DNA of 49,490 nucleotides, taken from Methanoregulaceae archaeon. Lineage in GTDB: Archaea > Halobacteriota > Methanomicrobia > Methanomicrobiales > Methanospirillaceae. Below, one piece after another: positions 24,637 through 33,088 of the stretch; position 1 is the first letter of the stretch, and every line of letters begins with the position of its first letter. The notes beneath the pieces were generated by a model. It saw only the letters and a program-made list of their open reading frames with translations. It did not search any database and was not told the origin of the DNA. The translations under genes were made by a program, and so were the position numbers. The stretch covers positions 1-49,490 of the forward strand of contig JAJRBU010000006.1 of NCBI GenBank assembly GCA_028679315.1, written 5' to 3'.

Positions 24637-25767
24637 TTAGGTATTCATAGTATGCCGGTTATCAAGGCAGGCATTGAGAACATCCTCCATCAATCCAGCC
24701 ATTCCCTGAATACCTATGAGGGGCCGGGCTTTCAGCCTCACCATGCCTCTCATCGGATACGTGAACGGGACAAACGCTGCTTCCGGGCACGCCAGTCGTT
24801 CAAAGGAGGAGCCGAGCAGGAGATCGGGCGGGTCTTTTGCGATTAGGTCCTTCACGGCAGAAAGGGAACAGGCTCCGGCAGTCCTGAATCGGGAATTGCC
24901 AGGAGAATTCCGGCAACCAAGGACGGTGACTGAGGCGTCCAGGTATTGTTTCAGCATCCGTGCAGCGAAATCTGCATAGGAGAAGCCCGAGAAGATGGCA
25001 ACTACGGGGGGATCATGCCGCATCAGGAATTTCTCACAGGATACCTCGATCGCACGCTCTACGCTCTCTTTTTCCTGTTCGAACGCCCCCATGTCCACCC
25101 CGTCAAGATATTTTTCCAGGCTTTTGAGCGTCTCTTCCGTTTCGGTAATCCCAAGAAATGTTCCCATGCTCTGCCCGTATCCTGAAGCGAGATCGGGATT
25201 TGTCTGGACGGAACGACATGATGAATGTCCAATCTCCTCAAGGGAGCCATCGCAGAACCGGGCGGCAACTCCAACGCCTGCTGCAGCGAGGATCCGCTGA
25301 GCTTCGAGAGCATTTCCCGAACAGAACAGGTCAAGAAGCTGCAGCCCGTCAAGATTCACCCCTGCAGCGTCAGGATCGCTCCTGGCAGGAAGGGTGCTGC
25401 AGGCAGCATGGTACCCTTCTTCAAAATTTCCAAGAAAGCCTGGGCTGTCCACCATGAGGATCTCTCCGGGCAGAAAAGTCCGTATCTCTTCCCCGGTTAT
25501 TGCCGGAGTGCAGGTATTCACCACCGCAACGGCAGCATACCGTTCCCGGAGAGTGCTGACGATCTCAAGAAGCCGTTCCTCTGCACCAAAGATCAGGTCT
25601 TCCTCGATAAGGAAAGTACAGTGCAGTTCACGGTGAAGGACAGTCGCAGGAAAGAAATAGCACCCGCTCGGTCCATGGATGACGGTGCCGATCCCCCGGA
25701 TACCTGCAAAGCAGGTTACCGCACCCGTCATGGCGCAGGGCCACAGGGCGTTCATGCAGTCACGCAT
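24637..25767 (-). CDS. Nitrogenase component-1-type oxidoreductase, NifK/NifN-like short subunit (376 aa)
   Basis: The N-terminus has the family signature ...WPCAMTGAV...VIHGPSGCYFF...VVNTCTPAITGEE, with Cys11, Cys36 and Cys86. Its start overlaps the upstream D-like gene by 8 nt. Confidence 0.75.
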   Translation of the reverse strand: MRDCMNALWPCAMTGAVTCFAGIRGIGTVIHGPSGCYFFPATVLHRELHCTFLIEEDLIFGAEERLLEIVSTLRERYAAVAVVNTCTPAITGEEIRTFLPGEILMVDSPGFLGNFEEGYHAACSTLPARSDPDAAGVNLDGLQLLDLFCSGNALEAQRILAAAGVGVAARFCDGSLEEIGHSSCRSVQTNPDLASGYGQSMGTFLGITETEETLKSLEKYLDGVDMGAFEQEKESVERAIEVSCEKFLMRHDPPVVAIFSGFSYADFAARMLKQYLDASVTVLGCRNSPGNSRFRTAGACSLSAVKDLIAKDPPDLLLGSSFERLACPEAAFVPFTYPMRGMVRLKARPLIGIQGMAGLMEDVLNACLDNRHTMNT

Positions 25768-26773
25768 GGAGTATCCTCTGCCATCTGCTGAGCATCCGGG
25801 AGAGCCCGGAAGTACCGACAGGGATCGGGTCTGGCAGGGAGAGCAACTGCCCCCGGTCTTTCAGTTCAAGGTCAAACAGCTCCAGTAGCTCGGTGAGAAA
25901 CGGATCAGAGGTACGACCGGAATGATAGACTTTGACCGCCCTTCCTCTCAATTCAGAGAAATGTTCCAGGATCCCTTCCTGGTGCACCATTTCAGCAGAG
26001 ACCGCTCTGTCACTCTCGATGTTCAGTGCATCCCCCACATGGGAGAGAAAAGTGAGGGTTCCTTCAAATCCGACCGGAAACGAGGGCTGGTAAGGAGTGC
26101 CGAACCGATCCCGGAGTGCATCCCCGACATCAGCGAGCGATTCGTCCCGCAGGATATTAAGCGAGGAGGACCCGATTTTTTCAATGTCGGAAGTAGCAAT
26201 ATTCCTGACAAAGCGGAGCTGAGCCTTCACACCGAGCAGCCCCAGAAGACGTTGGAGTTCCCGATAGTTTGCTTCGGCCTCGTATTCAAGGTTCTTCTCG
26301 CCGACAAGAGTAACCATGCCATTCGGGTAACCCCCGTTGCAGAGATCGGAGAGAGCAATGAGGGCTGATCTCACTCCATCAGAAAAGCCACCCCCAAGGA
26401 ATCCCCCGGTAGGGATGAGAATGACAGGGCATCCTTTGATCTCATTGCAGACTGCACTGACATCATCACCGATTGCTGCGGCGACGCAGGAAGTCAGCAC
26501 GAAAATGGCACCAGGGTTCCCTCCCATGGCCCCTGTGATGGCGTCTTCAAGAGCGTGTTCGCCGCCAAAAATGATCTCCTGCTCCTTTAACGAGCTCGAG
26601 AGGATTGAAGGGAGCACCAGCTGTTCATTGTCGAAATGGAGGGCATGAAGAAGGGAGAAGTTGTGATGGGCACACCCGTCAGGGCCATGTATGACCGAAA
26701 CTGCGTCCTGGACTGACGTGGTGATTGAGAGAGCGCCCGTGAGGGTGCATCCCTCAGTCCGCGATGAAATCAT
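25760..26773 (-). CDS. Nitrogenase component-1-type oxidoreductase, NifD/NifE-like short subunit (337 aa)
   Basis: The signature is EGCTLTGAL...[11 protein letters not shown]...[14 protein letters not shown], with Cys9, Cys34 and Cys96. Its start overlaps the NifH-like gene end by 20 nt. Confidence 0.75.
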   Translation of the reverse strand: MISSRTEGCTLTGALSITTSVQDAVSVIHGPDGCAHHNFSLLHALHFDNEQLVLPSILSSSLKEQEIIFGGEHALEDAITGAMGGNPGAIFVLTSCVAAAIGDDVSAVCNEIKGCPVILIPTGGFLGGGFSDGVRSALIALSDLCNGGYPNGMVTLVGEKNLEYEAEANYRELQRLLGLLGVKAQLRFVRNIATSDIEKIGSSSLNILRDESLADVGDALRDRFGTPYQPSFPVGFEGTLTFLSHVGDALNIESDRAVSAEMVHQEGILEHFSELRGRAVKVYHSGRTSDPFLTELLELFDLELKDRGQLLSLPDPIPVGTSGLSRMLSRWQRILHA

Positions 26774-27572
26774 ATGCTAAGGCCTCAAGATCCGCAATCT
26801 CAAGAGGTTCGGGAATATCGAGCCGCCGGTTCCCGAGGATATTCCGGGCAAGGACACGATACGCCTCTGCCTGCTCTGTCTCCGGGGCGTACTCGATGAC
26901 CGTCATCCGGTTGAGTTCGGCACGCTGTACGACCGGGTCCCTTGGAATAAACTGGATGAGAGTACTTCCTATCCTTTCAGCAAAGGTTGCGACCAGCTGC
27001 CTCTCATCAGGGATGTTCTTTGCATTGCAGATTACTCCGCCAAGCCGGCACTGCCCCCGTGAGCGTCCGGAAAGACGTTTGATGGCTTTGCATATGTTAT
27101 TGGCAGCATAGAGGGACATCAGTTCCCCTGAAGTGACCAGGTATACTTCCTGTGCATACCCTTCCCTCATCGGCATTGCAAATCCGCCGCAGACCACGTC
27201 ACCAAGCACGTCATACACGACCACGTCGGCATGAAGTGCCCCGAGCCTTTCGAGGACCTGAAATGTGGCGATGATCCCCCTCCCGGCACAACCAACGCCC
27301 GGTTCCGGGCCCCCTGCCTCGACACACCTGACCCCCCCGTACCCGGTAAACACCACGTCATCCAGGGTAATTGCCTTGTCGCCCCGCTCCCGCACCTGGT
27401 CCATGACCGTGGGAATCAGCCTGCCATGCATCAGCATCCGGGTGCTGTCACGTTTCGGATCACATCCTATCTGGAGAATATCAAGCCCCATCCCGGAAAG
27501 GGCTGCAGAGATATTTGTGGAGGTGGTGGATTTACCGATACCCCCTTTTCCGTACAGGGCGATCTGTTTCAT
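26754..27572 (-). CDS. NifH-family ATPase/[4Fe-4S] reductase (nitrogenase iron protein-like). It is a candidate CfbC and/or a dedicated reductase for the adjacent D/K-like pair.
   Basis: The P-loop is [10 protein letters not shown], with the switch region [10 protein letters not shown]. The cluster Cys motifs are GVGCAGRG and [11 protein letters not shown]. The ORF aligns end to end with NifH by eye. ATG at 27572 is preceded in frame by a GTG at 27575. Confidence 0.85.
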   Translation of the reverse strand: MKQIALYGKGGIGKSTTSTNISAALSGMGLDILQIGCDPKRDSTRMLMHGRLIPTVMDQVRERGDKAITLDDVVFTGYGGVRCVEAGGPEPGVGCAGRGIIATFQVLERLGALHADVVVYDVLGDVVCGGFAMPMREGYAQEVYLVTSGELMSLYAANNICKAIKRLSGRSRGQCRLGGVICNAKNIPDERQLVATFAERIGSTLIQFIPRDPVVQRAELNRMTVIEYAPETEQAEAYRVLARNILGNRRLDIPEPLEIADLEALAYDFIAD

Positions 27573-27587
27573 CACCAGATCTTAGTC

Positions 27588-27603
27588 TGTATTTTATATT
27601 AGG
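27588..27603 (-). promoter_or_regulatory. TATA-box-like element (minus strand aatataaaat) ~24 nt upstream of the NifH-like ATG, compatible with a leaderless or near-leaderless transcript
   Basis: The plus strand reads tgtattttatattagg in the 64-bp gap between the trkH stop (27640) and the NifH-like start. No SD-like sequence lies between it and the ATG. Confidence 0.3.
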
Positions 27604-27639
27604 TATTCTGAAGTTTACACCATTTTACTTGAGTCCGGC

Positions 27640-29097
27640 TCAGTCCCCGGCACGGAAGATTCCGAGGAGCAGAACAATGACTGGAATTACTTCGAGCCGT
27701 CCGATCCACATGACAAAGATGAAGACCCATTTTGAGACAAAAGGCATTCCCGGAGCAACGTAGCCTGCTGAAAGTCCGCATGAGCTCAATGCAGATACAA
27801 TATCAAAGACCAGATTGGTCACATCAAGGGAGATAAGATGAAACTGGAGAACAACCATCGTTGCTACGAATACCGTCAGCACTGACAGGATAATGACCAG
27901 CATATTTTTGGACAACTCAGGTTCAGCCACGCTTTCAGGGACTTTTACTCCGCCATACAAGAATGGAACCAGGACTTTTGCCCGGACAAAGACCCTTTTG
28001 AACCACCAGAGAATTCCCCGGTATCCTATTGCGATACGGGAGAGCTTGACTCCCCCGGCACTGCTCTCGGAAGAACCCCCTATGAACATCAGGAGCATGA
28101 GAAATACGATAGTGACGCTGGGAAACAACTGGAGGTGCTGGCCAGGGTATCCGGTCGTGCTGAGAGCCGCTGCGGTGACAAAAAGACCCTGCCTTACTGC
28201 CTCGGTGAGCGAAAGGCTGTTCAAATAGTACAGATCTGCAATAACGATCGCTGATCCTGCCGCAAGGAAGAGAAGGAGCAGTTTGACCTGCTCGTTTCCA
28301 AAGAGGGAGAGTTTCCGTTTCCGGTAGGAGATATAATACAGGGTAAACGGTGTCGCGCCGACAATCATTACCGGGATGAGAAGATATTCAAGGAGCGTGC
28401 TGTTGTATACAGCCAGCCCCCCCTCAAGAGGGAGGTACCCCCCGGTTGAGATGGTGGTGAGAGAGAGGGTGATCGCTTCATAAAGGGGGATCCCCGCTAT
28501 CAATATCACTCCTGCACTGACCAGGGTGAGAAAGACGTAGACTGCCCAGATCTCCTTACCTGTGGTAATCACCCCTGGCAGGATCCTTTCACTCCTGCTG
28601 TCGGATCGGAAAAGGGGGGATTGTATCAGACCTCCACGGCTTGCAATGGTGATGGAGAGGGCAATAACCCCTAGCCCGCCAATCCATTGCATGAATGTCC
28701 TCCAGAACAGCAGCGTTTCAGGGATGTATCCGGACGATTGCATAAGGGAAAATCCGGTACCTGTCCAGCCGGCCATGGTCTCAAACAGGGCATCGGTAAG
28801 GGACAGATCAAGGACGAGGATGAAAGGTATGGTGCTGACAAGCGCAAAGACGAGCCAGACCAGTGCCACCGAACAGAAGGCCGATGAGAGCCTGATATCC
28901 TCTTTTCTCTTTGGAAGATGGTTCAGCAGGAGACCCAGCACAAGGAGTGTTGCCGGTACGGCAGCCATGGGAAGGAAGACCGAATATTCCCTGAAAACGG
29001 CAGCAACAAGAAGGGGAACCGCAGTCATCGGGCCGATGTATTCGAGCATTCCCCCTAGTTCAGCGAGAACGGTGGAAAAATACCGGATCCGGCCCAT
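27640..29097 (-). CDS. trkH: TrkH/KtrB-family potassium uptake membrane protein
   Basis: The 485-aa polytopic protein has repeated pore-loop-like motifs (TGTGFSL, TISTGGY, LSTTGYP, GGSSESSAGGVKLSRI) typical of TrkH. Confidence 0.85.
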   Translation of the reverse strand: MGRIRYFSTVLAELGGMLEYIGPMTAVPLLVAAVFREYSVFLPMAAVPATLLVLGLLLNHLPKRKEDIRLSSAFCSVALVWLVFALVSTIPFILVLDLSLTDALFETMAGWTGTGFSLMQSSGYIPETLLFWRTFMQWIGGLGVIALSITIASRGGLIQSPLFRSDSRSERILPGVITTGKEIWAVYVFLTLVSAGVILIAGIPLYEAITLSLTTISTGGYLPLEGGLAVYNSTLLEYLLIPVMIVGATPFTLYYISYRKRKLSLFGNEQVKLLLLFLAAGSAIVIADLYYLNSLSLTEAVRQGLFVTAAALSTTGYPGQHLQLFPSVTIVFLMLLMFIGGSSESSAGGVKLSRIAIGYRGILWWFKRVFVRAKVLVPFLYGGVKVPESVAEPELSKNMLVIILSVLTVFVATMVVLQFHLISLDVTNLVFDIVSALSSCGLSAGYVAPGMPFVSKWVFIFVMWIGRLEVIPVIVLLLGIFRAGD

Positions 29098-29160
29098 GGT
29101 AACAAAATGATATTTTTAAAGAGATTATCTTTTTCGCGTGGCTTTCCGGTTTCTTTCCTG

Positions 29161-30117
29161 TCATCCCTCCAGGATAATTTCCTGGATTATTCTCCATGCC
29201 AGCAGCGCCCGCACTATATCGGGGGCGGTAAGCATCTCCTGTTCTCCCAGGATCTGGCATGGGCTTACCCCTGCTTCTCCTGAAAAGAGATCGCGGAGGC
29301 CCAATATAAAATGACAATCAAATTCTCCATCGAAGGTGAGCGAGGCCATGGTCTTTCCGCCATAATCCTTACGAGAATAATGGAGGGAGAACTGACCGGG
29401 AACAAGTGTCATCAGGGCCGGGAGGTTCAGTGCCAGGTCAGCCCCCGGGAGTTCATCGCTGATTGGGATCTGGGAGAGGGTGGTCTCATAGATGTTCTTC
29501 TGCCACCCGAGATCCCGTCCATAACGGGAGAAAGCGATCTGGATCAATGCATCAGCATACTCCTTCTGGGGTGCGATATACCGGTCGTAGTCTTCCTGCC
29601 TCTTCTGGATCTCCTCGATCACTTCGTGCCGGGTATAGCCGCGCTTCTCCATATCCCTTTTTAATTTCCATTCCTTTTTTACATCGTCGGCAGGGTCAAC
29701 GTAGAGGGAGAAATCGATTAATGATCGTAACGTCTCGGTGTACAGCGTATGTAATCCTTCGAGGATCACGATTTTTGAGGGTTTGAAGAGGACAGGACCT
29801 ACCAGGGTCCCGGTCGAATGATTGTATACCATCTTCTCGATCGGTATTCCCCTCTTCATGGCAGCCAGATCCTCTTCGAGTCCCCCAAGGTCATTTGCCT
29901 CGGGCGCGAGCGGAGTGATATTTCGTTCCTTTCGCTGTTCCCGGTCGAGGAGATGATAGTCATCGAGGGTGATGGTCGAGACGAGCTCATCCCCCAGCAG
30001 GTGCCGGATCGACTGGGTGAAACGGGTCTTTCCGGATCCGGAATCTCCTGCAACACCGAGGATATACACCCCACCCAGACGGGATACCGCTTCCCTGAAT
30101 GAGAGTTGGCCGTTCAT
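29161..30117 (-). CDS. prk: Phosphoribulokinase (PRK/uridine-kinase family, archaeal type)
   Basis: The P-loop is GVAGDSGSGKT. PRK-like blocks are TLDDYHLLDREQRKE..ITPL.PEAN, YNHSTG, ILEGLH, DVKKEWKLKRDMEKRG and YIAPQKEYAD. ATG at 30117 is preceded by AGGAGGTG, and the track start at 30129 is GTG. Confidence 0.75.
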   Translation of the reverse strand: MNGQLSFREAVSRLGGVYILGVAGDSGSGKTRFTQSIRHLLGDELVSTITLDDYHLLDREQRKERNITPLAPEANDLGGLEEDLAAMKRGIPIEKMVYNHSTGTLVGPVLFKPSKIVILEGLHTLYTETLRSLIDFSLYVDPADDVKKEWKLKRDMEKRGYTRHEVIEEIQKRQEDYDRYIAPQKEYADALIQIAFSRYGRDLGWQKNIYETTLSQIPISDELPGADLALNLPALMTLVPGQFSLHYSRKDYGGKTMASLTFDGEFDCHFILGLRDLFSGEAGVSPCQILGEQEMLTAPDIVRALLAWRIIQEIILEG

Positions 30118-30206
30118 AGCCCCTGGCACCTCCTGTGGCTGATCGATGCGGGGATGACCGGATTGCAGAGTCTCCGGAATCTTTGCGCGCTCATGGTTTT
30201 GGGGGA

Positions 30207-31397
30207 TTACTCCTTCAGAATGCCGGCTTCCCGGTGTTTTCCGGCAATCCGGTCGGCAAGGGCTTCCAGTTTGCGGAGGCTGGCAGAGTCGGGGGCACCC
30301 TTCACATAGACAGGATCGAGGATCTCAACAGAGAGGTGGTTCAGCATAACCTTCAGAGACTCCACCGTCTTTCCACCCCATCCGTACGAGCCGATAACCG
30401 TTGCAAACTTTGCCTTCGGCCTGATCAGGTTGGTGATGAATGCTGCGTTCGCGACAAGCGGGTGCGGTCCGAAGAGGAGGGTTGGGGTCCCGAGGACGAT
30501 GGTCGCCGAATCAACGAGGGATGCAGCGAGTTCGCCAAGGTCCGTTTTTGTCAGGTCGAATGGTTTGACCGTAATCCCATGATCGATGAGTGCCCCGGCC
30601 AGGTGAAGAACCATCTTCTCGGTGCTGCCGTGCATGCTCGCGTACGGGATGACCACTACGTTCTTCACTTCATCAGAGATCCACTCTTTATAGAGGGTGA
30701 GGATCGGATCAGGGGGTCGGTACAGGGGACCATGGCTGGGTGCGATCATCCCGATCTCAAGGTCCGCAATCTTCTTCATGTGTTCCCGGATCTGCATCCG
30801 GAAGGGCATCATGATCTCGGCATAGTACCGTTTTGCCGCGTGAAACACCTCTGTCATATCGTTGACAAACAGATCGCTCGTTGCGAGATGGGATCCGAAA
30901 AGGTCACAGGGGAAGAGAATTTTATCCTCTCTGAGATAGGTCAGCATGGTCTCCGGCCAGTGTACCCAGGGTGCCATGATGAATTCCAGGGTCTTGTTTC
31001 CTAGCGAGAGCGTGTCCCTGTCCTTCACCACGATGCACCGTTCCGGTGCGATCTCCAGGAGACTCACGACAAGATCTTTACATTTCTCACTGACCACAAT
31101 GCTGGCTCCCGGGAAGAGCTCGGCAGCCATGGGAAGCGATCCCGAGTGATCCTGCTCTGCGTGGTTGACGATAATATAATCGACCTTTTCCACCCCGAGC
31201 CTGATCAGATTGCAGACGTACTCGAATTCCTTTGTCGGATCGACGGTATCGATAAGGGCGGTCTTCTCACTTCCTTTTACAAGGTATGCATTGTAACTTG
31301 TGCCTTCCGGCAACGGAATCAGGGAGTCAAAAAGTCTCCGGTTCCAGTCTATCGCCCCGATCCAGTAGACATCGGGTACCAGCTCACGTACAGTCAT
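30207..31397 (-). CDS. fprA: FprA-type flavodiiron protein (metallo-beta-lactamase plus flavodoxin domains; F420H2 oxidase-like)
   Basis: The di-iron motif is NHAEQDHSGS. The flavodoxin-like C-terminus is VVVIPYASMHGSTEKM. ATG at 31397 is preceded by AGGAGGAG, and the track start at 31433 adds 12 residues. Confidence 0.85.
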   Translation of the reverse strand: MTVRELVPDVYWIGAIDWNRRLFDSLIPLPEGTSYNAYLVKGSEKTALIDTVDPTKEFEYVCNLIRLGVEKVDYIIVNHAEQDHSGSLPMAAELFPGASIVVSEKCKDLVVSLLEIAPERCIVVKDRDTLSLGNKTLEFIMAPWVHWPETMLTYLREDKILFPCDLFGSHLATSDLFVNDMTEVFHAAKRYYAEIMMPFRMQIREHMKKIADLEIGMIAPSHGPLYRPPDPILTLYKEWISDEVKNVVVIPYASMHGSTEKMVLHLAGALIDHGITVKPFDLTKTDLGELAASLVDSATIVLGTPTLLFGPHPLVANAAFITNLIRPKAKFATVIGSYGWGGKTVESLKVMLNHLSVEILDPVYVKGAPDSASLRKLEALADRIAGKHREAGILKE

Positions 31398-31802
31398 GGT
31401 AGAGTCTCCTCCTGTAGCCATTGCATCATTCATAAGCCTGCATTAGAGTAAAACCCGGGTTATCCCCGCGTGATAGGAGGCCAACGGAAGGATGGACGGT
31501 CAATGGCTTCGTTCTTATAGGACGTGATTCCCGGGCCGGTATAACGGTTTCTATAACGGCACAATGACAACCGGTAATGGATATCATTGACACAACGGAA
31601 TGGGAGGATATCCAGGTGACAGCCTGCTTTGTTTTTTGGTAATGGTGCTGATCTCATTTTCTGCCATAAGCCGCCCGGTATCAGTTTTTCACCCACCCCA
31701 CGGGTTTTCTTCAATAACCGTGGGCTTACATCATTTTCTGGATAGCCGGGACGACATGACGTGACCGGTTATCTTTTCACTGCCCGGACACCTACTACGA
31801 TC

Positions 31803-32354
31803 ATGAACGATACCAATGAAGCTGTCCGGCTTGCAGTCTCGCTGATGGCGGTATCAGCAAGGACTGCACCGAAAGGGAAGGGGAAGGATTCGCTTGTGAT
31901 GCGAACGGTCCACAAGGCCGATCTCCCGGAACTTGTCCGCGAGATGATCCGGTATGGAGAGGAGAACGCCAAGCCATTTTTCACCCGTGATGGAAAGAAC
32001 ATCGCCTCATCTGACGCATGTCTCCTCATCGGGGCGCGGGGGCGGGAGACGCTTGGTCTTAACTGCCATGGGTGCGGTTATGAGTCCTGTGCCGACATGG
32101 AGGCAGCCCGGGAGAGATCGCTTGTGAAGGGATTGCCATTCCTTGGACCAAACTGTGTCATCAAGATGGCTGATCTCGGTATCGCTCTTGGGTCTGCGGC
32201 AAAGACCGCGTCCCTCCTCAACCTGGACAACAGGATCATGTATACTGCAGGAGTCGCAAGCCTGTCCCTTGGATGGATGGATGGGTGCAGTGTTGCCTAC
32301 GGGATTCCCGTAAGCGTCACCGGCAAGAACATATTCTTCGACAGGCAGGTGTGA
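31803..32354 (+). CDS. DUF2148-like ferredoxin-domain protein
   Basis: The family is recognised by eye from the segments MAVSARTAPKGKG and CHGCGYESC. ATG at 31803; the track start at 31761 is GTG. Confidence 0.5.
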   Translation: MNDTNEAVRLAVSLMAVSARTAPKGKGKDSLVMRTVHKADLPELVREMIRYGEENAKPFFTRDGKNIASSDACLLIGARGRETLGLNCHGCGYESCADMEAARERSLVKGLPFLGPNCVIKMADLGIALGSAAKTASLLNLDNRIMYTAGVASLSLGWMDGCSVAYGIPVSVTGKNIFFDRQV

Positions 32355-32453
32355 CCGGCTGCCCCTCTACCCTTCACCTGCCTTATTCCGGTAAACCGCT
32401 GCCATACGGCCCCACCACTTTTTTCTGTTTCAGCGTAGTAGGATAGAGTATCT

Positions 32454-33083
32454 ATGCGCATCCGGGACCTGATTCTTCCTGAAGATAAAGTCTTTTTTAC
32501 CCTCTTCAAGGAGATGGCCAAGAAGATCGCTGAAGCATCAGAGATTCTGAACGAAATAACGCATCAACTGCCGGAAGGAACCGAAAAAGGGCAGAAAGTC
32601 CGGCAGATCGAACATGCGGCCGATGAGATCACCAGGCAGACCTATGAGAGGCTGAATGATTCACTGATCACGCCACTTGAACCAGAGGAGATCGCCCGCC
32701 TTGCCCCTGCTCTTGATGATGTGCTCGATCGTATCGATTGGGTTACCCACCAGCTCTGCAACTACGGGATACCACAGTCAACCGAGCTTCTCAAGGAATT
32801 CTCCTACCTGATCCTCCTGTCGAGCACCGAGATCACGCACGGACTGGAGGACCTTGCCACGATGAAGAGAGCAGAAGAGATCGAACAGCACGCACGGGAG
32901 ATCAACCGGCTCTATAATGTATCCACTGAGCTCCTCTCAAGGGCAGTTATCGAGCTGTTCCGCACCAACGACCTTCTCCTCATCATCAAGCTCAAGGATA
33001 TCTACGAGGGGATGGCCAAGGTGATGGAGAAATATAACGATGTCGGGCACGCCCTCACCGACATCTCCAGGAACCACACCTGA
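32454..33083 (+). CDS. DUF47/PhoU-like phosphate-transport regulator-related protein
   Basis: The ORF is a helical 209-aa protein (FF.LF...A......L; EHAADEITRQ motif). It lies immediately upstream of a PiT transporter, the usual pairing for this family. Confidence 0.7.
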   Translation: MRIRDLILPEDKVFFTLFKEMAKKIAEASEILNEITHQLPEGTEKGQKVRQIEHAADEITRQTYERLNDSLITPLEPEEIARLAPALDDVLDRIDWVTHQLCNYGIPQSTELLKEFSYLILLSSTEITHGLEDLATMKRAEEIEQHAREINRLYNVSTELLSRAVIELFRTNDLLLIIKLKDIYEGMAKVMEKYNDVGHALTDISRNHT

Positions 33084-33088
33084 TCGTG

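Noticed and set aside
24637-27575. A genuine nitrogen-fixation nifHDK operon
   Set aside because: The D/K-like ORFs are only 337 and 376 aa. No nifI1/nifI2 PII genes sit between H and D, as they do in methanogen nif operons. No nifE/N/B genes are adjacent. The operon is therefore treated as nitrogenase-like rather than nitrogenase.
27572-27582. A 10-11-nt match (tCACCAGATCT) between the NifH-like start region and the core of the 533-556 palindrome
   Set aside because: A single 10-mer match in ~100 kb of two-strand sequence is close to chance expectation, on the order of 0.1. Only one half-site is present, and it overlaps the start codon.
30135-31004. A 289-aa plus-strand ORF opposite fprA
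   Set aside because: The FprA metallo-beta-lactamase and flavodoxin motifs are on the minus strand. The plus-strand ORF is R/G/D-rich with no motif.
31460-31714. An 84-aa minus-strand ORF in the fprA/DUF2148 divergent intergenic region
   Set aside because: It has a basic, low-complexity translation and no RBS or promoter context. It lies in a probable divergent promoter region.
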